A DNA stretch of 64,000 bases. Source: Halocafeteria seosinensis. Lineage: Eukaryota. Every line of letters starts with the position of its first letter. Position 1 is the stretch's first letter. The stretch spans positions 62,001 to 126,000 of the forward strand of contig LVLI01000172.1 in NCBI GenBank assembly GCA_001687465.1. Reading direction: 5' to 3'. This document shows positions 35,501 to 46,890 of this stretch, one piece after another. Both the position numbers and the translations under genes were made by a program. Below the pieces are notes generated by a model, which did no database searches, was not told the DNA's origin, and saw only the letters and a program-made list of their open reading frames with translations.

Positions 35501-37195
35501 CTCCTCTGAGAAGCTAGTTGCCTGAGAGCCCACGTTTGCCAAGTTTAGAACTTGGGAGGTTGGCACTAGCTCGTATCCTTGTATATTTCCAGCTTTATGG
35601 TAGCAGAACGCTACATCCGATACTCCAGCAAGTTCATTCTCAAGGTACAGGTCTAAGCATTCATCTCTACTGAGAGGGACAGAGGTATCACGCAGGGCCA
35701 GGGACATTATACCACTGTCTGGATCGTTGCAAAACGTCATCAAATCCGAGCCTAGCACGATGGAATGACTTCCAAATTGCCATCGCGTCACACGTTGGTA
35801 TCTTCGCAAAGATGCTGGAGTAGTTACTGGGGTATTCAGAGACTCTTCTACGTTTGGCCTAGCAGATTTACCCTCGCCTTTATAAGCGGACGCACTTGCT
35901 ATGGCTTCAATTTCATGACCATCCAAATCACTCCGAGGAAAGGAGTTAGAGACGAGAGCCGTTTCGGAGGATTCCATTTCTGTTTGCCTGATACGTGTTG
36001 GGCTATTTCTACTATCCGGTTCGGGCTCCGTAGGGGCACGAAGGAGTATAGTGCTCCTTTCGTTTATCGAGTCATCTGGGAAACTCGCTGACCTACGAGT
36101 TGTGCGAGGCCTATCCTCGCCTTTGCTAAGGGACGGATCAGTATCATGACCAATGCGTTTCACTGCCTCAACGTATGAGGAGCTCTTTTCAGGTCCTAGC
36201 TGAGAGTTAGAATACTCAAGTATACCTCGGATTAGATTTTGGTTCACCTGCTCATCAGCCTTTCGAATAGACGGTGTAGAGTTCTGTTCCTGGGATTCTG
36301 AAGTGTTTACGACGAACATTGCCGCTTTGCTAGCCTCAGAAAGACTTGGCGAAACATTAGAAGAATTATTGCCAAATTCAGATGCAGCGGAGTCTGCTAA
36401 TAAATTGTCCAGTGACTGCATATCTAAAGCACTAGACCCATTATCATCCTCCAAGTCACCCTCACTGCTGTGGTCTCCATCATTTTGTAGTTTAAATTTT
36501 TCTCCCTCTGGAAGAGAATGCCGAACACCATCGACGAATTCTTCAAGGACATGCTGATACTGCTCCTTTGACGGAGGTGCCTCAACAAGAATAGTTCCTC
36601 CAATTCGATGCAACGAGAGCGAAACAGGGTCTCCGGTGAAAGGGGCCTTTAAAATATTCTTGAAATAACTTGACGGAGCGAGGAAATCTGATTCTCCGAC
36701 GTGGTTTGCAAGAAAGGAGCCAAGGGGTCGTCGCTCCAGCGTAGGAACGGAATTCGTAGACGCCTGTTGTATTTGATCTCCACTTGTAGATGACTCCTGC
36801 TGTTGTTGCCTAGACTGTTCCTCCTGCATATATTCTGTATAGCGCTTCCTGAGTTTGTTCGGGAAAATCATTTCCGATACAGCCTCTATGGCAGCCTTAT
36901 TAGGCTGTATGCGCTTTCCAAACCCTCCATGTTGATGCCTTGGTGTTCCATGGTGAGAAGTCTGTTCAGTGTTATAGCCAGGTCCGCGTACAAGGGCATT
37001 GTTGTCCGCGGGAACTACAGGCTCATTCTGCTCCGGAGGACTTGGAGTCCCTCTCCCAGTTTCCTTTCCTTTAGCTGCAGCCCGTGGAAGACGCTGTAAG
37101 TGCTTTGCCGGAGCAGCATGAAGTACAATGGAGCTATAAGCGCCGGTGCCGCTTGAAGCCCCTTCCGAGGATAGCGTATTAGTCTGATTATCCAT
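32510..37195 (-). CDS. EDRF1: EDRF1 (erythroid differentiation-related factor 1)-like protein, intronless, 1561 aa
   Basis: KNILKAPF..VSLSLHRIGGTILVE, WQFGSHSIVLGSD and LDLYLENELAGVSDVAFCYHKAGNIQGYELVPT match the EDRF1 N-terminal motifs as recalled; helical C-terminus. Confidence 0.75.
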   Translation of the reverse strand: MDNQTNTLSSEGASSGTGAYSSIVLHAAPAKHLQRLPRAAAKGKETGRGTPSPPEQNEPVVPADNNALVRGPGYNTEQTSHHGTPRHQHGGFGKRIQPNKAAIEAVSEMIFPNKLRKRYTEYMQEEQSRQQQQESSTSGDQIQQASTNSVPTLERRPLGSFLANHVGESDFLAPSSYFKNILKAPFTGDPVSLSLHRIGGTILVEAPPSKEQYQHVLEEFVDGVRHSLPEGEKFKLQNDGDHSSEGDLEDDNGSSALDMQSLDNLLADSAASEFGNNSSNVSPSLSEASKAAMFVVNTSESQEQNSTPSIRKADEQVNQNLIRGILEYSNSQLGPEKSSSYVEAVKRIGHDTDPSLSKGEDRPRTTRRSASFPDDSINERSTILLRAPTEPEPDSRNSPTRIRQTEMESSETALVSNSFPRSDLDGHEIEAIASASAYKGEGKSARPNVEESLNTPVTTPASLRRYQRVTRWQFGSHSIVLGSDLMTFCNDPDSGIMSLALRDTSVPLSRDECLDLYLENELAGVSDVAFCYHKAGNIQGYELVPTSQVLNLANVGSQATSFSEETFKAQAKELLDFLRVNCSEDNSSYWLLREANESVLRLYTLSSDATNPTRRRKWRYMLAMMCYRFAKQLDQEIYCSRDNAHVSSHYISQLYSKRGELLRRCSSLLLELEEEAQYAEDQQPPKIGADSGLSGENNIERNRRGISRSNRQQNAFMRAAVHQELAENRLCSGIFLIEGQSTQGDSDTAGHGLPKSVEYLNEAMRHIFASLQLFAEGVRNVIASSIASIVATKEEEIRCGIRGNVASEIAENVLRRPQLSDCMEKVLKLRKQVFQVALLISRALQRESMPRLGLRSLNDAIIIGTQSLGTFLAAERFDDTSFVKGGTGQPDLFHCSQMQSEVMLELPRVLMEESDHCAGDNKIIYDEQFSIVLRDTILELKEYLDSSISIASLCDDILPVVIVNDTTELLYQRKSADSQQKTNADVELMELVGDMFFTILNQKSDVETQLQKSAMSKLDSLRSVFTYFRKDIPVSIETENDFEPETNDYISRCCVQVQKLMIGSTLPRWDECWSADYDSEHSLLQSVIASYRAVMWRCEGTNLHSVYVRCCRKYADALNRYGRQKFHETGSPHVWMTHPEDEALVLGESSLTESLRYYAEAARAFDRCGDSLNSALVRCNMVNTVLLIGRSLRDFTSDDSGITSALYEDLRYTFIEISIIDIGTSIIKEALSTTNGFGDRNVIYAVLQCMFKCYILAVSQIWSFSLRAVQTLRDAEGSFVQVNEVLRSHLEDLYKAGTVRAGQAHNVASESVPSLAQGDCRANIDMQIFTTHFHVARMHFFYALLRSALDGNEGSSRNIQSNKAFVALRLSSTYFTKCRRMFLNMSQSKSPETAGIMLRSTSIFIDSVLLDCVVALLVERLMIARDLASNADLGSCKSLFSRILSNADMGTLHTLGSILHKRLVECVRVFEQSELKEVLPDSETSEESANKAAEMRDCCTLFVKSLLTKLTKTDPRAKAIETVKQCYKRLLYDTSGGSFISVFRLTAQTLGEVNRRYPASH

Positions 37196-37483
37196 CTCTC
37201 CTCAGACTCAGGCGAGAGAAATTTTATTCACACAGCACACAATCAAACGCATTACACTCAGGGTACTGGAACGGTCTTAACTCTCACGAATACAACAGAA
37301 TGTGAAGTTCGGACGTTGGTCCGTACCAAGTGCCATGCTCCATCGATTACGAACGGGGAAAATTGTAGGTTTGTTCTTGTCATTGGGTCGTTAAATGATC
37401 ACCCGGGCAAATGTGGTTTATTTTATAGCACACAGATTTTTGGCGGAATATGAATTGCCACGTCATATACATAGAAGTGTAGG

Positions 37484-38763
37484 ATGTCTCTTCCCACCGA
37501 TGACGTCCACATGGGCGAAGAGAGCTCTTTTCGGTCCCGTACAGCGCAAGAAGAAGCTCGTAGTACTCATGAAGAAAGGACAGAGTCAGATATTACACGC
37601 CTGCGATTGGTCGTCATTGCTGATGACTGTGGATACGACGCCGTCCGCGACACGGGTATTGTAAGCATCTTCATTCGAGTCCTATCACATCTTGAAATAT
37701 ACGCCCTTCCTCTTTTATTTTACAGCTGGAGTGTTTCGAAGAAAGTGGTGTCATAAGTGGGGGATCTCTGTTGGTAAATGGCAGCTCGGCCGCCCAGTTC
37801 GTGGAGAAGGCCGTTGGGCTCAAGCGAGCTCCCGCAGAACAGGATTCGGGAGAGGTTTATCAAAAGGCAAATCCAGAGACAGACACCAAGTTTGTGCCAC
37901 AAGTCGAGCGAGAATGCAATGACTCAGCATTCTCTCTGGGTTTGCATCTCAATTTAACTGAAGGGGTACCGTGCTCTTCAAGCTGTTTCTGTGAAGAAAA
38001 CGGACTGACTGTTCCAGAGAAGCAAACCGACGGCAGCTTCATCCAATGCTTTCGAGGCAAATATGGTTTTCGGAGGGCACTTCAAGCAGGAAGCGTATCC
38101 GATGACAGTGTAAGAAGCCTCGTTCACTAATCGTTTGCGCTCTAGGGATATCCTAAACTCTGTGTTCGATGGAATCCTTTGCAGATGATATGTGAAATGT
38201 GTGCCCAAATTGATCGATTTGTATATCTCCGTGGTGGCCCGCCGTCGCATCTTGATGGTCATCAACATATTCACGTCATACCAGAAGTTGCGAGCTGTAT
38301 CATACGTGCTTTATCGAGGTATTCTTGGGCGAACGGGCTGTGGATACGTGTGCCACATATGATGCCTGAGGAGCTTGACCACTGTAGTAAAACTCAGCCA
38401 TGTCATGTATCTGATTTCCTGCACAACGTCTCCTATAATGCGTCAGTTACCAAGGCAATGTTTGCCGAAGTAAAGCTACGTACCTCGGACTACTTCATGG
38501 GGTGTGGTGTCATGGGGAAGTGTATGTCGACGGATACGGTGCTCAACCTGCTCAAGTGTGCAATCAACAGAGCAACCAGGAGCCGTAAAAATGTACTGGA
38601 GTTTATGTGTCATCCTGGAAATGCTAGCTCAGGAGAGGGAGGATGTGGTGTCGGTCCTGATGAATTCTCCATGGCCGCTGACCGAGAACACGAAACACGT
38701 GTACTAAAAGGTGAGTCACTGACGAAGCAGAAGATTGCTTATTATTCGCGCCCCGAAGTTTGA
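37484..38763 (+). CDS. YDJC: YdjC-family carbohydrate deacetylase (3 exons)
   Basis: LVVIADDCG, LGLHLNLTEG, HLDGHQHIH and EFMCHPG. Confidence 0.9.
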
Positions 38764-39159
38764 GGCAAATGCTGCAGAGTTAGGAAGAAAACTACATCAT
38801 TTGAAAAGGAACATGCGGAAGGACAATGTGCACTTAGAGGTTGCATATTTTCCTGACCCATGACACTTGCCGCATCTGCCAACTCCGCACGAGTGAGCTT
38901 CACACGAGCAGACGCCCCAGCTGGAGCCGAAGCCAGCACCGCGGAGATTGCAGTATACAACGCACGAAAAGCATTGTTTCTTGTTTGCATATCAGACGTA
39001 TTCAGTTTCAATCGATTACAGAGGGGTTGTGTCCTGAACAGATAGATATTGCGACGTGTTTGCTTTGACAGCGAGTACATACATACTACCATAACTCCGA
39101 TCGATCGCGGGAAAAAGCGAGGAACTTGTGCTTGTTCAACTGGGCTGCTACCGAACAAT

Positions 39160-39850
39160 ATGCCGGAAATCGAGAAAACAAAAGCACCTGCAGGGGGGCA
39201 TGCGGAAGCAAACCAAAAGGATGGGGCGGAAGCGACCCCTGTTAGCGCTTCTCAAGATGTGAATCTGCTTTTGACCCCGTCCGAGTTTTTCCCGACGGAT
39301 CACCACCTGCTTCACCAGGCTTTGAGGTACGTCACTCATTATTGCTCTTCTCGAGCTAGCATATGTCTGTAGGTTTGTCTATGTGACGTTGTTTGTATAC
39401 AGTGGTTCGGAAAAGTTAGAACGCTATGATATTGTCTGGTTTCCGGAGCACAAAGTTGTTCAAGCCCGAGTACTGTTTGGCCAAAACTTGAGTGGTCATC
39501 CCGGCATTGTACACGGGGGAGCCATCGCAAGTGTGTTCGATGACGTATTTGGTGTGCTATTTTTTGCGTTAAGGATGGGGACAGGCTTTACTGCTAACCT
39601 TAATGTAAACTATAAACTTCCAATCCCGGCGGGAAGAGACGTGCTGTACCAAGTTGAGTTGCAGAAGGTAGAAGGTAGAAAGGTGCAACTCAAAGCGTTT
39701 ATTTACGATGCGGACAATACCTCAAGGAAGCTCGCTGATGCCACTGCATTGTTCATAATGAAGAATGTCCCATCGAGTGGCGATGCCATTCATAGAATGG
39801 AGTCTCACCTAGCGGACCTGGAAACGGAGGCGTATCGCCGCCATTGGTAA
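39160..39850 (+). CDS. Hotdog-fold acyl-CoA thioesterase (THEM4/PaaI-like), copy 1 (2 exons)
   Basis: GHPGIVHGGAIASVFDD, FTANLNVNYK and EGRKV; intron after HQALR. Confidence 0.9.
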
Positions 39851-40246
39851 GTGTTTACGAACTTCCGTAGTGGTAATTGACCGAAGCTAAATCTTATCAT
39901 CGCGACCACCGAGGGCGTTGCATGTGGGCACAAGTGGAAATATACTACCTTCCACTGGCTGTGTTTGAGGCGGCGAGTCTCAGATACACCCCGTTGCTGT
40001 TTCAATGAACACACCATCTGTTTTCCGTTCGGTGTTTAGACTTTTTACACTTCTTCCGTTCATTCTCACGCAAGTTCCAAGTCTCCGAGGAATGATTGTT
40101 TGCTCGTTCAGATAGACCTTGGAGGGAGCAAAAATACTCTTGTCAATTCGTGCAGTTGTTATTTTCGGCTGAAATATGCAACGTCTTTATATCCCCTTGT
40201 TTGTGCTCGGTGGCCATTTTGCTCCGTAGCTTGTTTTAGGAGAACA

Positions 40247-43200
40247 ATGGAGAGGCCTTATCGCCTACTGGGGCGCCAGACACTCTTGGCGGAGGTGAGG
40301 AAGATACACGGTGTCATTTGCCGCAAGGAAAGCGCGAGACGGCGTATTGACGCATTTCTGAAGAAGTACTCCATCCAACATGTAGACAACATTCGGAGCG
40401 AGTCTGTACGTATACTTCTTGGCTTTGAGGTGGCGTGCAAAGAAATTTCGCAACGTAGCATGTACAGAAGGGTGGAACGCTGCTGCACTACGCTCTTCTT
40501 CTGGAATTCCTCGATCTTGCCCGGCTCCTAATCGATGTATACAAAGCAGATCCTCATATCCGAATTTGGGTACGTCGTGACTCAATTATGAAATGGGGAT
40601 GGACACGTAGTGGTACCAATCAGTGCTGCCCGGCAGACGGGGGATACATCAGTACACATTGCCAGCCGGACGGGCAACTGTAAGGCTCTCACAATGCTTG
40701 TGGATGAATACAAAGTCGAGCCGAACACCCCAGCCTCGGTAAGTAGCATTGGGACAGAGTCCACTTGATCTAGCCCACGTGGAAGGATTACATGCACTTC
40801 TTCCAGAATGGGAAGACTGCGCTACATCATGCGGCTTCAAGCGGTAAGATGGAATCTGCAAAATTGCTTATGGAAAACTATAAAGCTGACTGCAAACTGG
40901 GCGACAACGTGAGTCCATGATATGAAGCTTGGTAGGCTGGTAAAAAAATACATCGCTCTCCGTGGTCTCAGTTCGGCTGTACTCCATTACATGATGCTGC
41001 CGCACATGGAAGGAAGGAATTGCTCCAGCAACTGATCACAAGCAGTGATGCTGCTCTTTGCACTAGTAGGACACAGGTACGATGGTCTGTTATCTCACTA
41101 CATACTCGTGAGTCTTAATGGGTTGACTCTTGGCAGGAGGGTCTAACACCGTTGCATTTGGCATCCAAGGAAGGACAGACAGCAGTGGTTGACCTCATGC
41201 TTAAGTACTACATCAAAGATGCTAACATTAAAAGTCAGGTTAGTCTAAGGACGTGCAGATTGAATTTTAGACTGATGTGGTGCTCTACTTGTCCTTACTA
41301 TGGTGGTGCAGCATGGCTGGACCCCGTTGCACATGGCCGCTCGAGCCGGACACATGAAAGTCATTCAAACACTGATAGATACGCATCAAGCAGATAAACA
41401 GTGCCAAAGTGTGGTACGTGGCCACTTGTGGATACAAAGATTCGCTTGAGAACCGGTAGTACAGTATGCTCATCTGTGGCCCTTTCAATTTACAGGATGA
41501 GTTTACACCTTTGCATTTAGCGGCACTGAACGGGTATAGCCATGTTGTCCAGTTGTTTGCGGGAGATTACAAGGTGGATGTCAACGTTGTGTCTCAGGTA
41601 TTTTCATGAGTTCAGTCGTGTAGACAATGGTCCAGAAGTGCAACCTGACATTTTATTTCATGTATGTCCAGGGGGGATGGACTGCTCTTCATCTAGCATG
41701 TCAAAATGGGCATTCGAATGTAGCACGAATGCTTACGGAGAAATACTCGGCGAATAGCATCCCGCGAAGCCAGGTAAGAGAGGGCCCCATTTTCGCTTCA
41801 GGTACCGCTGAATTGAGCTGATCATCTTTACATGTTGAGTCTTCAGCTTGGTTTGACTCCATTACACTTGGCGTCTGCGGGCGGCCATCAAGACACCATA
41901 AGAATGTTAATAGAGGAGTTTGATGGGGACGTCAATAGTACAAGTTCTGTAAGTTGAAATTGCTGCTGATGAGCTGTCTCCGCACATGCACTTGCCCATT
42001 TTGCACTCACGAGACAGTTTGGGGCTACACCCTTGCATTTGGCATCTCAAGGAGGTCATAAGAAAGCCATAAGAATGCTTGTTGATGAATATAGGGCGAG
42101 CCCAAAGGCAAAGGTGGTACGTTGCATCAAAACCTGTTGGCGTCAAACGGAGCAGTGCTGCATTTGGGATCGGATTGCAGAACGGCTTGTCCTGCCTGCA
42201 TTTGGCATGTATCCGTGGACATTCGGATTCTATCCGCCTTCTTATAAATGAGTATAGCGTGGATCCGCATACACCGGAAGAAAACGTTAGTCGGAGTATT
42301 GGAACCTTGATGTTGTGTTGCGATGCTATGGTTAAGAGTACCATGTGATGTGCAGTGCTCGAAGACACCCTTACATCTCGCTTGCGAGAATGGGCATGTG
42401 GCGGTCGTTCGACTCTTGATTAACGAATATGGTGTTGATCCATGTACTAAGGATAGTGTGAGTGAGCATCCACTTCTCATTGGCAATCGTGAGTCCCTCT
42501 TTTATTGTACTACTCCTATATCCAGAGTGGCTGTATCCCGTCCGATTCTGTCACCGGTAGAGACTCCAGTTCTATAGTGGCGTTCCTGACACCTGTAATG
42601 GAAGACGAAAGACCCCTATCTGCTATATCGCGTAGCCAAACAATGCTGTACTCCCGGCATCCGAATTGCTCCAGAGAAATCTTGGATCTGGTTGCCAATA
42701 TATCGAGGAAAGGCAGACATGCCATCCAGGAATTCTTAGCCTCAAGCAATGAAGTTCAAGCACTTCGCTCCCTGGAAGAATTGGAAGATTATCTCGTTCG
42801 TAGCCTTCTTGATGATCGAGGCGAACGTGAGCAGTTATTAACGGATATTATCAAACTTGGAACAACAGAAGACAATATTGCAAACGTTCAGGGTGTCCTA
42901 CGGCAAGTCAGCAACTGTAACGGTTCGCAGCTCGCTGCAGTTTGCGAGGAGAGAGGACTTTTTCTGAAAGCTGCTCAGATGTACGTCAGTGTTGATGACG
43001 TGGGGCGCTGTCTACAAAAGGCGGAAAACGTTCCCTACAGTGCCTTATCCAATCTCTTGTCAAAGTACAACTCCAGAGAAGCGAAGCAACTTCTTTGCAT
43101 GATAGCTCAAGCTGACTCATTTGACATTTGTGGGTTTCTTATTAAATTCATTCAGGAGAATGGACCCTCTGCGTGTGACTCCCTCGTGGGGCTATGCCAG

Positions 43201-46200
43201 GACGAGACGAGCGCACAGTGCCTTATTGGAAGTGCCGAACATGAGCCCAATGGTAGCCCTTGTCCCAAGCAACTTAATTTGTCTCGCTTGGAAAGCTGTC
43301 ATTTCGAAGCCCAAGAATTGCGTCGAAGCCTTTCAGAGCAAGATTTCCTATATCCAATTTTACTGCACTGTCTTAAGATATTCCAAGATCTTAGAGCAAG
43401 CATCGAGCGGGAGAAGCGAATGTTGGGCGAAGGACGAACCATCCTGCAGAGGGCGCAAGCAGAATTGGCAGATCGCCGCCACCATTTGCATGAAACCGTT
43501 CGATGTAATTTAGAAGCCCATGAGTCACATCTTCAGCCAGACGAGATCGACAAACTGGTGGCTCAGAGAGAGCAAGCGGCTTTGTACTTGCGCACCACTC
43601 TGACTGACATGATTGAACGAGCACAACAGCTCCAAACACTGGAGCAAAAAGCTGTGACACTATTTGATTTCCTGTCACGGTTTGGAAAGAAAATGGGTGA
43701 GCCTCTGGATGAGGAGCTTCGAGGCGAACAGGATCAACATACCGTAGTCGGAGATGAAGGGCATTCAAGAGGGAAGGAAGATTGCATTCAGCAGCTTGAC
43801 ATAAAGGTGCACTTGGAGAAAATTCATCATCTGAGGCATCGGCAGGAGGTGTTGGTTAACTATTGCGAAGAGAAATTGAATTCTGAAAATGTGAACCTTC
43901 GGCAACTCTCTAGAGACTTTGCACACGCTAGGCGTTCGGTATTAAGTCTTACTGAGTGCTCTTATCAGTGTCTTGCAACGTTCAAAACTGCATGGACAGA
44001 AACCTGGGACCCTCGTAACGGTGGTCTCCTAGGGGATGAAAAAGTGCCACAACTGTTGGCGGACTGGGATATAAAGTTGAAACAAGAGCACAAGATTCTA
44101 GAGCAATTTGAAAACGCAAAACAACAATTGAAGACGCTGAAGGAGATCGAACCGAAACTCCAGCAGTTGTATGATGAACGGGATGACTTGCAGAATGAAC
44201 TCAACAAAGCACGGAGAAAGCAGCAACGGTCGAGAGTCTCTCTGCTGCAGGAGAAATTAACTGCCATGAATGACGAAACTGATACAGCTGAGAAACACAA
44301 AGAAGAGATCTATGAAATGTTTTCTACTGGTCCCATCCAGGGATGCTTCCCAGAACTATCATACCAAGCTGCACATATCAGAGACGTGGCGACTAACCTT
44401 GCTGAGGTAGATGTGGATGGCCTGGATTGGAATGTTTCCTTGGAGGACTTTATTGTGGACAAGGAGATCTATTATGGTGGGTCCCGTCTATTAATTTGTC
44501 GAAACTCGATTGGGGTGTCATCACGAAACTGGGCGTTGAAGGAGATTCCATTAAGTATGGGTAACTCCAATTCTTTCAATAGTCGGTTCCGCAGGGAGTA
44601 TCGCGCACTGCGTGCATTCCGTCGCCATCCGCTTCTAATGCAGGTAGAAAGAGCTTTTATTGATGAACGAACGAATAATGCGTATTTGCAAATGCCGTAC
44701 TACGAACGTGGGAATCTTCGCTCATGGGTCGAAGGGATGCAGGAAGAAGTGAACAGTCATCAGCAGCAGGCTGGTGCTACTTCAGAGGAATGGTGGCAAA
44801 ATCTTCAAGTGTATTTTCGCCAAATCCTTCATGCATTGAGCTATGTCCACTCTTGTGGCTTTGCCCATCGGGATATGAAACCTGAGAACGTATTAATAGC
44901 GGAGGAAGGGAGACTAGTTATCACTGATTTCGATGTCTGCCGACCGACGCACACCTGTGCCGGCGCGAACATGACGACAACAACGACCACCAACTTTGGT
45001 ATACAAGGCACAATGGGATATGCAGCGCCTGAGTCCTTCCATGTTGAGAAACGACACCAATATCCAGAAGCGTTAGACGCCTGGTCAGTCGGAGTCATGC
45101 TATTGGAAGTAATTTGTGGAAAGCGGTTCGAGTGGCATAATGATCGCCAACAGCTTGTTGATCGTGCCAGCGGAGTTCCCTTCAAGCTTCCTTCGCATCA
45201 TTTGGATGAGGTCCAGATGGAAGCGTTCGATATTGCTTCTAAACTGACGAAACCCGAAGCTCAGAACCGTATGACAATCGACGAAGCCCTCTGTTCCTCC
45301 TTTTTTAGCGGGCCATTATTCTGCAGAGGGGCAATGGAAAAGAGCAGTTTAGATACCACACTTGAAATGGTCACGGATCATTTTAACATACTAAGGAAAA
45401 CGCGATCCACTGCGTCAACGCGTAAGATATCAATCCAAACCCACAGAAAAACATCTGGAGAAGATGCCGACGATGCTTCTGAGAGAGAAAAATCATGCTA
45501 TGCAATACTTCGCAAAATTAATGAAATGGAGGGTGCAGACATTACCAAGAAATGGGAATTTGTGATGGAAGAAGAGACATGGATGCTGTCCTCAGTTGTG
45601 CGCCAGGTAGTTGTTCCCTCCGTAGTTAGAAAGAAGTTTGGTCCCCTGTTAGTTTGTGGAACTGCTGAAGCCGAAGCAGAGGAGCAATCAGAAACCAAGG
45701 AGAGTGACTCCTTGCAACTTTTTGGATTTTACTCAGTTCCAACCGATAGCACCATCTCTGGGGAAAGGCGATGGCTGTTTCGTGCTCTTGGGCGTCTTCT
45801 ATACAAATGTATGCTTGAAAGCATTCTATTTCCGGTATCCTTGGCACCTTCCGTCTGCCGATGCCTCCTGGGACTCGACAAAATTGAGAACCCGTTGTAT
45901 ATTTCGCTTGGGCAAGCTCACGTGATGGCTTTACTGAAAGCGTTCAAGCCAGACTTCCTTAACTACTACCGCTCTATCCTGATACATTCCTATGGAAAAG
46001 GCTCTGAACACTTAACTGTGGACATGGTTCCTGGCTTCGATGCGAACATGGCGGAGGAGCACCTAGTGGAAGATACGCCTTTATCGGACGGGAACAAGGA
46101 GCGTGTCATTTTGGGAGCTATCGAGCAACAACTCGTTCGTTCAAGGAGGGATAATCTGTTGGAGCTCACTCAAGGATTCAGAGAGTGGGCGGAAGAGTGT

Positions 46201-46890
46201 GGTAGCCTTTCGGCATTGAGCCGCCTGTCAGAATGGCATATTAACAGCCTCTTTTTTGAAAATGACTTTATAGACCGAAAATCCTTAATGAAGACGCTAG
46301 AGTGGGACGATTCCTGGGTAGAGAAAGAGCGCAGTATAATGCAGGACCACTTTAAGTCGCTTTTCGAGAAACTTCCTGAGACAAGCATGCGTATGTTTCT
46401 TTTGAAGTCGACAGGGTCTTTGCGGATGGACACCTCAAACGCGTCTTGGACTCTAATTGTCCGAATTCCCAGATGTAAGACAAAGAAGGATACAGCAAAC
46501 ATATATTTTTCGTCTGCAAACAAGGCCATGTTTACTCCTTTTTTCTCAAACGTTGATGATTTTGGTAATGCTCTCTTGAAATCGCTCTCTCAGAGCGACG
46601 TTGAAACAGATTCTGAAAGCATGAATGTTGCAGAACAAGCCCGGCTGTTTCGAGTCCTGCGGGAAGCTGGAGATATTCGCTCCGGAGCCGTTTTTAGCTG
46701 CGGCAACTGTGGGTTCGCTTATGCTGTAGGTGAATGCGGTGGTCCTATGGAGATTGGATCATGCCCCAAGTGCGGTTCTCACATCGGGGGGCAACAACAC
46801 AAAGCTGTAGCGGGGAATTGTTATCGTCCTGACCTCGGTGATGCTGCCGCCGCTGCCTACCCCGGTGCAGCTCCTGCTCAAGAAGAATAA
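40247..46890 (+). CDS. Multidomain ankyrin(x12)-coiled coil-protein kinase-HECT-like-RZ finger protein, about 1916 aa, 14 exons
   Basis: Exons: 40247-40405, 40468-40569, 40637-40738, 40807-40908, 40972-41076, 41137-41238, 41312-41413, 41496-41597, 41672-41773, 41847-41948, 42018-42116, 42181-42285, 42356-42457, 42526-46890. All junctions are GT-AG and phase 0. Contains TPLH ankyrin motifs, kinase HRDMKPEN, HECT-like FRALGRLL..KSTGS and the C-terminal CGNC..VGECGGPM..CPKC..IGGQQH. Confidence 0.85.
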
